Source: a virus. From it: a stretch of DNA of 64,000 nucleotides. The notes beneath the pieces are model-generated. The model was not told the DNA's origin. It worked only from the letters and a program-made list of their open reading frames with translations, and did no database searches. The first letter of the stretch is position 1; each line of letters opens with the position of its first letter. The stretch covers positions 10,094 to 74,093 of IMG/VR virus record IMGVR_UViG_3300025141_000062; one strand, given 5' to 3'. Below, piece after piece: positions 9,368-19,704 of this stretch. The position numbers and the translations under genes were made by a program.

Positions 9368-12300
9368 ATGAGGATAATTCATATTGCTGATGTCCACTGG
9401 CGTGGACTCTCCCGTCACGAAGAATATAGGAAATGCTTTTTAGAGTTTTTTAAAAAAGCAAAAACCCTAGATCCCGATGTAATATATGTTGGCGGAGATA
9501 TTGTGCACTCAAAGACTCAGGGTATATCACCTGAGCTAATTGATAGTCTCTGCTGGTGGTTTACAGAGATGTCTAAAATATGCCCTGTTCATATCATATT
9601 GGGAAATCATGACGGCTTGATAAGCAACAAAGATCGCCAGGATGCTATTAGTCCAATAATATCAGCTCTGGATAACTCTGAATTACATCTATATAAGGAA
9701 TCAGGTGTTTATCCTACGGGTGTACCAGGATTTAACTGGTGCGTCTTTTCATGCTTTGATGAAGAGCGGTGGGATGTAGTCACTCCTGTAGACGGAGATG
9801 TCAATATTGCATTATACCATGGCGGAGTGTGGGGATCAAAGACAGATATTGACTGGGCCATAGAGGGAGAAATAGATGTTGAATTTTTCTCTAACTTTGA
9901 ATTTGCGCTACTTGGTGATATCCATAGAGTTCAATTCCTTAATGATAAAAAGACTGTTGCATATTGCGGATCTTCGATTCAGCAAAATTACGGAGAAGAT
10001 CCAGATAAGGGATTTTTATTTTGGGATATAAGAAGTGCAAATGATTTTGATGTTAAGTTTTATCCAATACCACATTTAAATCAATTTGTAACAATTGACT
10101 GGCAGGGTAGTGTAGAAAAGACCTTGTTAATGACAGAAAACTGCCAACAAGAATCTAGATTTAGAATAAGATCCAGCCAAAAAATACATCAATCAGATAT
10201 CGCTCTACTTTATACAAGAATAAAGGCAACGAAGTCTGCATCTGAGATAGTTTTCAAAATAGATCAGGCCCCAGATGCAGAGATAATTCAAGCACAGGGA
10301 GAGGTATTTTCTAAAAAGAACCTTAGAGACTTTTCTGTTCATCAGAAGTTAATGACATCATATTATGAAATTACTGAAATTCCTGAACATACTTGGAAGA
10401 AAATGGAAGAAAAGATATCAAAATATATTTCTTCAATATCAAGAATGGATGAAGTTTCTAGAAATATAAGGTGGTCAATAAATAAGCTTTCTTTTGATAA
10501 TACGTTTTCCTACGGCAAGGAAAATATTTTAGATTTCAATAAGCTTGGTGGGATAACTGGGATATTTGGAAAAAATAGGCAAGGAAAGTCTTCGATAATC
10601 GGATCTTTAATGTACAGCCTGTACAACACAACAGATAGAGGTGGGATAAAAAATCTTCACATTATCAATACTAGAAAGAAACACTGCAGAGCAATAGCAG
10701 AAATAAATGTAAATGGGTTGTTATACAGGGTAGACAGAGGCACAGTAAAGCACCAGGCAAGAAAGGGACATGTATACGCAACTACAAGTCTCAATATATC
10801 AAAAATAGATAAAGAGGGAAATGTCATAGAGGATATGTCAGGTGAGCAAAGAAGAGATACAGAAAAGATTCTAAAAAAGCTCATAGGCACATCTGAAGAC
10901 TTTCTCTTAACTTCGTTGTCTTCTCAAGGTGAGATGAATACATTTATTAAGGAGAAGGCAACTTCTAGAAAAAATATATTAAGTAAATTTCTTGACTTGC
11001 AAATATTTGATCAAATGTTCAATATGGCAAAAGAGGAGTCGTCAGGGATACGTGTAGAGGCAAAAAATCTTCCAAAAATAGACTGGGATTGTGAGATAGA
11101 TAAAATAGTCTTAGCAATTGAAAAGAAAAGAGAGAGCTCATGTCAGTATGAGACAGATTTATTAAAGCTTAGATCAAAGCAGCAAGATCTCAAAATTGAG
11201 CTTGCAACATCTCCAGATAGAGACCTTGTAACAATAGACGATGTCAATTATCAAAAGAAGCTTATTTTAGATTCCAATAAAAAAATTACCACACTAAATA
11301 AAAAATCCCTAGATCTATCTTGTGAGATAGAGCTATCAGAAGAAAAAATTAAAAAAATTAAACTTGTAAAGTCTCAATTTCCAGTAAGCGAAATTAAGCA
11401 AAAGATAAAAGACTTAAGGACAGCAAGAACAGAGCATCTGAAACTAGAGCATGAGACAGATAGGCAGAAAGCAATACTTTCAAATCAAGAAAAGTCAATA
11501 AAAAAGCTAGAAAACATACCATGTGGAGACTCATTTCCAAAGTGTAAATTTATAAAAGATTCTTATAAGAATAAGTCAAAAATAGATGAGCAGAGACAGC
11601 TAATTTCAATATTGTCAAGTCAGATAAAAGACTCTAAAAGATACATAAGACTTTTAGAAAAAGAAAGCTTAGAAGAAAATCTTAAAAAGCATGAAGCACT
11701 TATTAAAAAAGAATCAATACTTAGCGTTGATATTTCATCAAAGAAAATAACTCTCCACGAGACAGACTCTGAGATATCACAGCTAAGCAAAAAGATAGAA
11801 TCTCTAAATGATGATCTATCAGAAATGGAAATGAGAGTAGTTGATGATGATTCAGAGAACACTGCAATAAAAATAAAGAGAAAGCTATCAGATATTTCAT
11901 ATAAGATAGCTGAAATTGATGCAAAAAGAATTTCTCTAGTTGAGCAAATTGGAAGTAGTGAAACTAGGTTGTCAAACCTAAAGTTAGAAAAAAAGAAGTC
12001 AAAAGATATATCTGACAAGCTACAAGTTTACGATCTTATTCTTCAAGCAGTTTCTAAAAATGGAATACCTAGACAGATAATGAGATCTCAATTACCCGTT
12101 ATTAACTCTGAGATTTCAAATATTCTTCAAGGTATAATGGGGTTTACAGTAGAGCTGGAGGCAGACTCTGATTCCAACTCAATGGATATCTTTATTAACT
12201 ACGGAGATTCTCGTAGAATAATTGAACTAGCCTCTGGTATGGAAAAGATGATAGCGTCGCTTGCAATAAGGGTTGCATTAATCAATGTTTCTTCTCTTCC

Positions 12301-12505
12301 TAAGACAGACTTGTTTATAATTGATGAAGGCTTTGGAAATCTTGATGAAAATAATATTGCAGCATGCAATAGACTTCTTACGTCTATGAAAAAGTGGTTT
12401 AAAAATATTTTAATAATTTCTCATGTAGAGGGTGTCAAAGATGTAGTTGATAACGTTCTCGATATATCCTCAGTAGAAAAGGATGCAAAAATTGTACACA
12501 TATAA
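9368..12505 (+). CDS. Fused Mre11/SbcD nuclease - Rad50/SbcC ATPase (gp47-gp46 fusion)
   Basis: Phosphoesterase motifs HIADVH, GGDIVH, GNHD, LGDIH; Walker A GKNRQGKS; long coiled coil with central Cys pair; signature ASGMEK; Walker B IIDEGFGNLD; ISH. Confidence 0.9.
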   Translation: MRIIHIADVHWRGLSRHEEYRKCFLEFFKKAKTLDPDVIYVGGDIVHSKTQGISPELIDSLCWWFTEMSKICPVHIILGNHDGLISNKDRQDAISPIISALDNSELHLYKESGVYPTGVPGFNWCVFSCFDEERWDVVTPVDGDVNIALYHGGVWGSKTDIDWAIEGEIDVEFFSNFEFALLGDIHRVQFLNDKKTVAYCGSSIQQNYGEDPDKGFLFWDIRSANDFDVKFYPIPHLNQFVTIDWQGSVEKTLLMTENCQQESRFRIRSSQKIHQSDIALLYTRIKATKSASEIVFKIDQAPDAEIIQAQGEVFSKKNLRDFSVHQKLMTSYYEITEIPEHTWKKMEEKISKYISSISRMDEVSRNIRWSINKLSFDNTFSYGKENILDFNKLGGITGIFGKNRQGKSSIIGSLMYSLYNTTDRGGIKNLHIINTRKKHCRAIAEINVNGLLYRVDRGTVKHQARKGHVYATTSLNISKIDKEGNVIEDMSGEQRRDTEKILKKLIGTSEDFLLTSLSSQGEMNTFIKEKATSRKNILSKFLDLQIFDQMFNMAKEESSGIRVEAKNLPKIDWDCEIDKIVLAIEKKRESSCQYETDLLKLRSKQQDLKIELATSPDRDLVTIDDVNYQKKLILDSNKKITTLNKKSLDLSCEIELSEEKIKKIKLVKSQFPVSEIKQKIKDLRTARTEHLKLEHETDRQKAILSNQEKSIKKLENIPCGDSFPKCKFIKDSYKNKSKIDEQRQLISILSSQIKDSKRYIRLLEKESLEENLKKHEALIKKESILSVDISSKKITLHETDSEISQLSKKIESLNDDLSEMEMRVVDDDSENTAIKIKRKLSDISYKIAEIDAKRISLVEQIGSSETRLSNLKLEKKKSKDISDKLQVYDLILQAVSKNGIPRQIMRSQLPVINSEISNILQGIMGFTVELEADSDSNSMDIFINYGDSRRIIELASGMEKMIASLAIRVALINVSSLPKTDLFIIDEGFGNLDENNIAACNRLLTSMKKWFKNILIISHVEGVKDVVDNVLDISSVEKDAKIVHI

Positions 12506-12791
12506 TGTAGTTGAGGGCTTAAGACACATAAGATGTAAGTCTGGACTTGTAGTCGTTTACCCAAAGGATCTATCAAAGCCAACACCACTATTTTGTCCAA
12601 TATGTGAATATATCATGAGAAGTAGATCTGACTCACAGTACTATGAAAAGTTTAATTGCTGCTATGAGTGCGGAATGAAGTGGGCTGAAATCGATCAAGA
12701 GTCTTGGAGCCAGGGAAATAGACCTTCAAAAAAAGAAGTTAGTGATGAAATTAAAAAGAGAAAATCTATTCCTATCTCTTTCTACTTTTGA
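12483..12791 (+). CDS. Small Zn-finger protein
   Basis: CPIC...CCYEC; fills the gap on the coding strand; start uncertain. Confidence 0.55.
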   Translation: MQKLYTYNVVEGLRHIRCKSGLVVVYPKDLSKPTPLFCPICEYIMRSRSDSQYYEKFNCCYECGMKWAEIDQESWSQGNRPSKKEVSDEIKKRKSIPISFYF

Positions 12792-12818
12792 GAGATACAT
12801 ATTGAAGAGGTATAAAAA

Positions 12819-13199
12819 ATGCTTAATTTTCATGAAATTAATGTTCTAGGTGGAATATGTGATTCGACTATTGGAAGAAGCTCAACTGTAAAATCTCCAA
12901 CAGTATCCATTAAAACAAGCTTACAGGGTGATATGTTTTCAGTAACATACACTACTGTTGTAAATCTTGCATCTGTATATGAAATGAGAGCGCTTGCCAA
13001 GCGCTATGAAGAAGAGTCAATCGGTGTAATTAAAGAATATATCAAGCATGTTAAAAAGGACTTTAAGTCAGAGGCTGGTAGGTCACTAAAAATTAAAGAA
13101 GAGTTTTCAAATGATAGTTTTGATGTAATCACAACTTCTCCATTTTCACCAAGAAGAACTGCGTACTATAAAAGAACATCATCATTTAGAGTTGGCTAA
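12819..13199 (+). CDS. Hypothetical protein, translationally coupled to terminase
   Basis: 126 aa; SD GAGG; TAATG stop/start overlap with terminase. Confidence 0.6.
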   Translation: MLNFHEINVLGGICDSTIGRSSTVKSPTVSIKTSLQGDMFSVTYTTVVNLASVYEMRALAKRYEEESIGVIKEYIKHVKKDFKSEAGRSLKIKEEFSNDSFDVITTSPFSPRRTAYYKRTSSFRVG

Positions 13200-14827
13200 T
13201 GTCAACAACAAACAAGTCAAGGCAAGTTAAGGAGATAATTAAGTGTGGAAAAGATCCCATTTACTTCTTTAACAAGTATACAAAAATACAACATCCAGTA
13301 AGGGGTCTTATTCCGTTTGACACGTATGCCTTTCAGGATGATTGCATTGATACGTTTATAGAAAATAGATTTTCAATCATCGTCAAGTCAAGGCAGCTAG
13401 GTCTATCTACACTGACAGCAGCATATGCAACCTGGCTTGCAATATTCCAGAAAGATAAAAACATTCTAATTATCGCAACAAAGCTTAGTGTTGCACAAAA
13501 CTTTATTAAAAAAGTTAAGACAATAATTAGAAATCTTCCAAAATGGCTCGTACTTCCACAGATAGTGTCAAACAATAAGCAGTTATTGGAATTTAGCCAC
13601 GGATCGTCAATTAAGGCAATCCCGACATCAGATGATGCAGGAAGGTCTGAGGCACTGTCATTACTGATTATTGACGAGGCAGCATTTGTAAGAAACTTTG
13701 ATGAATTGTGGATGGGACTTTACCCTACAATCTCAACAGGAGGAAGGGTCGTCATTCTATCTACACCAAACGGTGTAGGAGGACAGTACCATGAGCTATA
13801 TACACATGCAGAGTCTGGACTAAATGAGTTTAAGGCAATTAGACTCCCGTGGGATGTACATCCAGAAAGAGATCAAGAATGGTTTGAAAGAGAGACTAAG
13901 AACTTCTCAGTAAGAAAGGTTGCACAAGAGTATCTTTGTGACTTTGCATCTTCTGGTGAGACTTTTTTAACAGATCAAGATTTAAAATTTCTCCACTCTC
14001 AGATAAGAAGCCCAATAGACAGGGGAGGAAGAGACATGAATGTCTGGATATGGAAGTACCCACTTTCAGACAGGAGATATATTCTATCAGCAGACGTCTC
14101 AAGAGGCGATTCTAAAGACTACTCTACGTTCCATATAATAGATGTAGATGGGTGTGAAGTTGTTGCTGAGTATAAGGGAAAGATTCCCCCAGATGACTTT
14201 GCTGTGCTTATTAATGAATTTGGTCTAAAATATAATAAGGCAATTGTCTGTCCGGAAAACAATAGCTATGGATTTGCGACAATAATAAAGCTAAAGGATT
14301 TAAACTATCCCACTCTCTACTATAGAAGACGAAAAGCAGTGATTATTGGAGACTATATACCCCCTGGTGATACACAAGTTGCAGGATTTACAACAAGTGG
14401 AAAGACAAGGGGAATGATACTTACAAAGCTTGAAGAGGTCATTAGAAATAAGCAGATCGGAATATATTCATCAAGATTTTATGAAGAGATGAAGACATTT
14501 ATATGGAAAGGCGGAAAAGCGCAAGCTATGAGAGGAAACTATAATGACGACCTAGTTATAAGTCTTGCAATAGGTTGCTGGCTATATGATTCATCTTCTG
14601 ATCATAGTAGAAACTCTGCTGCACTTAATAAAGCTATGCTTGAAGCCATGAGTGTTAAGACAAATACAATGGACATGCCAAGAGATATTCCTTCTGCAAT
14701 TTCTGACAATAGGCCTTATAATCCGATTAGAACAGATTCTAGCGACAATAAAAGAAATTCAAAATGGCAAGATAAGTGGGGTCAAAAATGCTCAATTTCA
14801 CCTGAATTTGAGTGGGTGTATAAATAA
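13199..14827 (+). CDS. Terminase large subunit (T4 gp17-like)
   Basis: Walker A KSRQLGLST, Walker B LIIDEAAF, ILSTPNG, nuclease SADVSRG..DYS and DDLV. Confidence 0.95.
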   Translation: MSTTNKSRQVKEIIKCGKDPIYFFNKYTKIQHPVRGLIPFDTYAFQDDCIDTFIENRFSIIVKSRQLGLSTLTAAYATWLAIFQKDKNILIIATKLSVAQNFIKKVKTIIRNLPKWLVLPQIVSNNKQLLEFSHGSSIKAIPTSDDAGRSEALSLLIIDEAAFVRNFDELWMGLYPTISTGGRVVILSTPNGVGGQYHELYTHAESGLNEFKAIRLPWDVHPERDQEWFERETKNFSVRKVAQEYLCDFASSGETFLTDQDLKFLHSQIRSPIDRGGRDMNVWIWKYPLSDRRYILSADVSRGDSKDYSTFHIIDVDGCEVVAEYKGKIPPDDFAVLINEFGLKYNKAIVCPENNSYGFATIIKLKDLNYPTLYYRRRKAVIIGDYIPPGDTQVAGFTTSGKTRGMILTKLEEVIRNKQIGIYSSRFYEEMKTFIWKGGKAQAMRGNYNDDLVISLAIGCWLYDSSSDHSRNSAALNKAMLEAMSVKTNTMDMPRDIPSAISDNRPYNPIRTDSSDNKRNSKWQDKWGQKCSISPEFEWVYK

Positions 14828-14873
14828 TTTATGTAGATCCAACAATGCTGTATATTGAATCTGGAGAGTAGCT

Positions 14874-16994
14874 ATGGCAAAAAAGGGAGAAGAAAGCCTG
14901 TTTAGGAGGCTTACCCAGCTGTTTAGAAGCGGCCCTGTTATTAAGCGAAAGATAAAAGCTTATTCAAACAACAGACCTTCGTCAGCTTTTGATATTTTTA
15001 GAAAAAATCAAAGTCACGTCTATAATACTGCCATGAGCGCGTATGGCACATATGATAGAATGGCAAGATATTCAGACTTTAGTGAGATGGAATACACACC
15101 TGAAATATCTTCTGCTTTGGATGTGTACTCTGAAGAGACAGCTGCTTCAGATGAAAACTCTCAGATACTTCATGTTCATTCTGAGAATCCAAAAATCATG
15201 AAGCTTTTAGAAGAGCTATTTTTTGATACAATAAATATTGAATTTAATCTAACATCATGGGTTAGAAATCTTTGTAAATACGGAGATTTTTTCTTATTTA
15301 ATGATGTCTCACCAGACCACGGTATTATTAATGTATTGCCAATACCTGTAAATGAAATCGAGAGAGAAGAGGGATTTGACCCAGAAGACCCACTTGCAGT
15401 AAGATTTAGGTGGGTCACACAGGGAAATCAAGTTCTTGAAAATTGGCAAGTTTCTCATTTTAGATTGCTGGGAAATGATGCATTCTTGCCGTACGGCTCA
15501 TCAGTCCTAGAGTCTGCAAGAAGAATTTGGAGGCAGTTAATTCTTGTTGAAGATGCCATGCTGGTCTACAGGGTGGTTAGATCTCCAGAAAGAAGAGTGT
15601 TTAAAATTGATGTCGGAAACGTTCCGCCCGAAGACATTCCAAACTATATGGAACAAGTCCAGACAACACTTAAGAGAAGCCAGGTTGTAGATAAGACTAC
15701 TGGAAGAGTAGACCTTAGGTATAACCCAATGTCAGTCGACGAAGACTACTATCTGCCCGTTAGGGGGTCAGAGTCAGGAACATCTATTGAGACACTTGCC
15801 GGTGGGTCAAATGCAACTGCAATTGAAGATGTTGAGTATATACAAAAGAAGCTATTTGCAGCGCTAAAGATACCAAAGGCATATCTTGGATATGATGAAG
15901 GGCTAGGGGCAAAAGCAACCCTTGCTCAAGAAGATATTAGATTCTCTAGGGCTATTAATAAGATACAGAGGACTATAATATCCGAGCTCAATAAGATTGC
16001 AATTATTCACCTTTATTCATATGGGTTTGAAGGTGAGGATCTTCTTGATTTTAATCTTATGCTTTCAAATCCATCTACAGTTGCACAGCAGCAAAAACTT
16101 GAATTATTTAGAACGAGATTTGAAATAGCTGGAAGCCCGCCAGAGGGTCTTGTCGATAGAGACTTTTTAAGAAAAAATATATTAAATCTAACAGATAAGC
16201 AAATAGCTGAAATTGAGCAAGGTAAGGTTGAAGATAAGCTTGTTGATCTTGAGGTAGAGGCAACTAAGCTTCCCACCCCAGTATCACAAGAAGGTGGTGA
16301 GGGCGATGATGCGCCGCCAGATGACTTCGGCGGAGGAGACGAATCACCTCCCGCAGACCTGGCTTCAGACGATAGAAATACAAATTCACTACCAGTCTTA
16401 ATAGGTGACGGTGGAAAGGATGATATTGATATCTCTGAGGCAGATGACGACGATATTGTAAGATTTAGAATAGATGATGAAAATGCACCTATACTTGCAC
16501 AGCACAAGATAAGCATTCATTCAAATATACTATCAGAAGATGGAGATGTTGACAAAGATGACTCTAGTGATGATAAAGATTCTAACCAGAATGAAGAAAT
16601 GTCCCAGGCTGATAGGGCAAAAAAGAACAGGTCAAGAAGGAGAAAGAATACGCTTACTACAATCGGAGGACGAGGATTATTTCCAGATATCAATGCAATG
16701 GTTTCTACGGATAGGAAAAATCCAGATGATTCAATAGAGCACCCATTCGGCAGGCTTGATTTTTTTAAAGATGAAACAAGGTCATTAATAAATCCACTTA
16801 AAGAATCCGAAGATGATACAGATGTTGATCTAGACCTATCATTTTATGAGAATTTCTTTAGTAGAAGCACAACAAAACAGGCAAAGATGACATCAGACCT
16901 TAGATCTACATTAAAATCTCTTGAGAAAAGAATAAGTATTGATAAAAGGGAGATCTTAACAGAGTCCGATACCGAGGATGAAGAAGTAATTTAA
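14874..16994 (+). CDS. Portal protein (T4 gp20-like) with long acidic C-terminal extension
   Basis: EDAMLVYRVVRSPERRVFKIDVGN, EDYYLPVRG, IETLAGG, EDIRFSR. Confidence 0.92.
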   Translation: MAKKGEESLFRRLTQLFRSGPVIKRKIKAYSNNRPSSAFDIFRKNQSHVYNTAMSAYGTYDRMARYSDFSEMEYTPEISSALDVYSEETAASDENSQILHVHSENPKIMKLLEELFFDTINIEFNLTSWVRNLCKYGDFFLFNDVSPDHGIINVLPIPVNEIEREEGFDPEDPLAVRFRWVTQGNQVLENWQVSHFRLLGNDAFLPYGSSVLESARRIWRQLILVEDAMLVYRVVRSPERRVFKIDVGNVPPEDIPNYMEQVQTTLKRSQVVDKTTGRVDLRYNPMSVDEDYYLPVRGSESGTSIETLAGGSNATAIEDVEYIQKKLFAALKIPKAYLGYDEGLGAKATLAQEDIRFSRAINKIQRTIISELNKIAIIHLYSYGFEGEDLLDFNLMLSNPSTVAQQQKLELFRTRFEIAGSPPEGLVDRDFLRKNILNLTDKQIAEIEQGKVEDKLVDLEVEATKLPTPVSQEGGEGDDAPPDDFGGGDESPPADLASDDRNTNSLPVLIGDGGKDDIDISEADDDDIVRFRIDDENAPILAQHKISIHSNILSEDGDVDKDDSSDDKDSNQNEEMSQADRAKKNRSRRRKNTLTTIGGRGLFPDINAMVSTDRKNPDDSIEHPFGRLDFFKDETRSLINPLKESEDDTDVDLDLSFYENFFSRSTTKQAKMTSDLRSTLKSLEKRISIDKREILTESDTEDEEVI

Positions 16995-16995
16995 A

Positions 16996-17844
16996 ATGAA
17001 AAGCTCACATAATAAAAAAAGAAATGTAGGAATAGTCTATGAGCTTCTTCTTAGGCATGTATCGTCTATGTTGATTGAAGAAAGTAGGAAAAATGCTCAA
17101 AAAGCGCTGGATATTATTGAAAAATATTTTAATGAAAATACAGAACTATATAAAGAGTTTAGGCTTTTTAATGCGCTAGCCAAGTCAACTGTTAGTGATA
17201 CTCCAATAGCAGCTGCAGTCCTAACTGAAGCAAAATCAGCAGCAAGACGGTGCAATGTTAAATCTCTGAATAGAGAGAAGTCAATGCTGATTAAAGAAAT
17301 AAATTATAAAATAAATGACTCACAGTTCTACTATAGAAGAATACCTGAATATACAGTCTATGCAACTATTCAGTCTCTTTTAAATGAGTGGAGAAAGAAT
17401 GATTTATCTGATCTATCAAAAATTGTCGACTATGAATCAAAAATAGTCAGATGGCTACTGGAAGAGAAGGTGAATGAAAATATAGAGGATCAAGTTGATC
17501 CAAATATTGATAAGCTTGTTGTTAAAATTTTAACAGAAAAATTTAATAAAAAATATGATAAGACATTAAATACAGAGCAGAAAGACATTATTAGATCTTA
17601 CGTTTTTTCAATGTCGTATGATGAAGGTAGATCAATATATAAAAAGCTCAATGAAATAAAAGATAGAACGGTTTATGAGCTTGACAAATTTAGGAAAGAG
17701 ACAGACAGCCAAGTCATTCTTGAAAAAATAGGTGAAGTCAAACAGAGAATATCAAATATAGATTTAGGTAAAATAGACGACCAATCTATATCTAGATTTC
17801 TCTTAGTATCAAGGCTTAAAGATGAACTTCTGGAGGAGAGATGA
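16996..17844 (+). CDS. Conserved head-module protein (between portal and protease)
   Basis: 282 aa, helical; HNKKRNVGIVYELL N-terminus; tight coupling to both neighbours. Confidence 0.6.
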   Translation: MKSSHNKKRNVGIVYELLLRHVSSMLIEESRKNAQKALDIIEKYFNENTELYKEFRLFNALAKSTVSDTPIAAAVLTEAKSAARRCNVKSLNREKSMLIKEINYKINDSQFYYRRIPEYTVYATIQSLLNEWRKNDLSDLSKIVDYESKIVRWLLEEKVNENIEDQVDPNIDKLVVKILTEKFNKKYDKTLNTEQKDIIRSYVFSMSYDEGRSIYKKLNEIKDRTVYELDKFRKETDSQVILEKIGEVKQRISNIDLGKIDDQSISRFLLVSRLKDELLEER

Positions 17845-18455
17845 GCGATAAACTTCAATTGCTTACAGAGTGGATGCCACTTACGTATGATCCAAAAACT
17901 ATTAATGAATCCTTAGAGAAAAATGGAGGAAAGTTTCTTTTAAAGGGCGTCTTGCAAAAGTCAGACACTCTAAATCAAAATGGTAGAATTTATCCTCATG
18001 CAATTCTTGAAAGAGAAATTAGGAATTATCAAAAATTTATTAGAGAAAATAGGGCGCTAGGTGAATGTGACCATCCAGATTCCTCAGTTGTAGAGCTTAA
18101 AAATGCATCTCACATTGTAAGAGAGGCACACATGGATGGAGACGTTTGTGTGGGGACAGTTGAGCTTCTCGACACACCTAGTGGAAAGATACTTCAAAGC
18201 CTAGTTCAATCAGGTGTAACTTTGGGAATATCTTCAAGAGGTGTTGGGACTACAAAATCTCAAGGAGAGACGCAAATAGTCCAAGAAGACTTTCAGCTAA
18301 TTTGTTTCGATATGGTTTCTGAACCATCCACACCAGGTGCATTTATGCTTAGTGAAGGAAAAAATGTATCAAAAAAGGATCTAGATAACTTTTTTACTAA
18401 GAGTGATAAGGTTGATAGAATATTTAACGAAATACTATCATGGGGAGATGAGTAA
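17841..18455 (+). CDS. Prohead maturation protease (T4 gp21-like)
   Basis: NQNGRIYP, ALGECDHP, SH, LGISSRGVG, FDMVSEPSTPGA. Confidence 0.93.
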   Translation: MSDKLQLLTEWMPLTYDPKTINESLEKNGGKFLLKGVLQKSDTLNQNGRIYPHAILEREIRNYQKFIRENRALGECDHPDSSVVELKNASHIVREAHMDGDVCVGTVELLDTPSGKILQSLVQSGVTLGISSRGVGTTKSQGETQIVQEDFQLICFDMVSEPSTPGAFMLSEGKNVSKKDLDNFFTKSDKVDRIFNEILSWGDE

Positions 18456-18889
18456 TGTCGTATAATCAGCTAAAACCCGGTCCAAACTTTGTTCCAGCGT
18501 ATCAGCTTTCAGGAGTTCCCTATGTAACTTCAAGTGTTGGTGTAACAACAACACCTGTAGAGATAGAATTTCCCCAGGCTACGAGATTTTTTCAAGTTAT
18601 AAATACGGGTGATACAAGTGCGCACCTGAGAGTTGGATTTACTGCAAATGGTGTAAATGCAAATCCCACAACAAATGGACATTATTTTATACTTTCAGGT
18701 ACAAAATCAACTGAAAGGCTAGAGCTAAGGTGTAAATCTGTATTTATAAGAGCAGATGGGTCTCAAGTAGGAAGCTTCAGTCTAATAGCCGGCCTATCAG
18801 GTGTAGATGCAGGAGACTTTCCAATACTAACTGGTTCAATATCTGGATCTGGAAGAACAGCAGAGCCTAGATTTAAAGGAGTAGGGTGA
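18455..18889 (+). CDS. Hypothetical virion protein (beta-rich)
   Basis: 144 aa; TAATG coupling; YQLSGVPYVTSS and LTGSISGSG. Confidence 0.6.
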   Translation: MSYNQLKPGPNFVPAYQLSGVPYVTSSVGVTTTPVEIEFPQATRFFQVINTGDTSAHLRVGFTANGVNANPTTNGHYFILSGTKSTERLELRCKSVFIRADGSQVGSFSLIAGLSGVDAGDFPILTGSISGSGRTAEPRFKGVG

Positions 18890-19398
18890 TGGCAAAGCTC
18901 TCAAAGAGAATGCTTAAGGAGATTGTCAAAGAGTGTCTTGTTGAAATATTAAATGAAGGAATCTCAGGAAATTCTTTAAATAATTCTCGACACACGGGAG
19001 GCTCTATAAGTGAGAATAAAAGAGCAGGCACGCTAATGAAAAATATGTCTAAAAACAATCTTCTAAGGTCGACAAGACCTGCTCTAGATTCTGTCAGCTA
19101 CGGAAAAGAGCAAAAGATAGAAAATGGAAATTTTAGCAAAAACGTGTCATCTGCTGTTAATTCTTTAACTTCTGACCCAGTTCTTTCTTCAATATTTGAA
19201 GATACTGCAAGAACAACACTTCAAGAGCAAAAATCATCTGAATCCTCTAGCTCATCTATTGTTTCACACATGGCAGCTGCAATGTCACAGGGCGATACAG
19301 CTGCAAAGATCGTAGCCCAGAACGATCCAACTGATATTTTTGGCGGAGCTGCAGAAAAATGGGCATCACTTGCATTTTCTGATTCTGCAAATAAGTGA
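18889..19398 (+). CDS. Hypothetical head-module protein with LKEIVKE helix
   Basis: SD AGGAG; MAKLSKRMLKEIVKECLVEILNE; ends WASLAF. Confidence 0.6.
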   Translation: MAKLSKRMLKEIVKECLVEILNEGISGNSLNNSRHTGGSISENKRAGTLMKNMSKNNLLRSTRPALDSVSYGKEQKIENGNFSKNVSSAVNSLTSDPVLSSIFEDTARTTLQEQKSSESSSSSIVSHMAAAMSQGDTAAKIVAQNDPTDIFGGAAEKWASLAFSDSANK

Positions 19399-19469
19399 AG
19401 CAAGATTAGATTATTCTTATCTTTAGACAATATGTATGATTGAAGTCACTCTTACAACAGGAGAACATT

Positions 19470-19703
19470 ATGGCTAGAGTTAAAAGACTAACACCCAGCG
19501 TCTTAAGAAGAATCATCAGTGAAGAAAAAAAGAAAATTGATGGTGCAAAAGAAGTTAAGGCAAAAGATATGGCAAATACCCTATCTAATAAAATTGACTA
19601 TCTTAAGGCACTTAAGATTCGTGAAGTAAAGCTTAAAAGAAAGCTTAGTAAAATAATTAACGAAAGAAAGAGAGTCAAAACGTCAATAATGAAGGATTTA
19701 TAA
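19470..19703 (+). CDS. Small basic coiled-coil protein with LRRIISEE helix
   Basis: SD AGGAG before ATG 19470 (preferred over TTG 19440). Confidence 0.6.
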   Translation: MARVKRLTPSVLRRIISEEKKKIDGAKEVKAKDMANTLSNKIDYLKALKIREVKLKRKLSKIINERKRVKTSIMKDL

Positions 19704-19704
19704 G

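Noticed and set aside
14819-14826. Exact T4 late promoter TATAAATA before the portal gene
   Set aside because: Formed by the terminase Tyr-Lys-stop codons and not seen before other virion genes; likely chance
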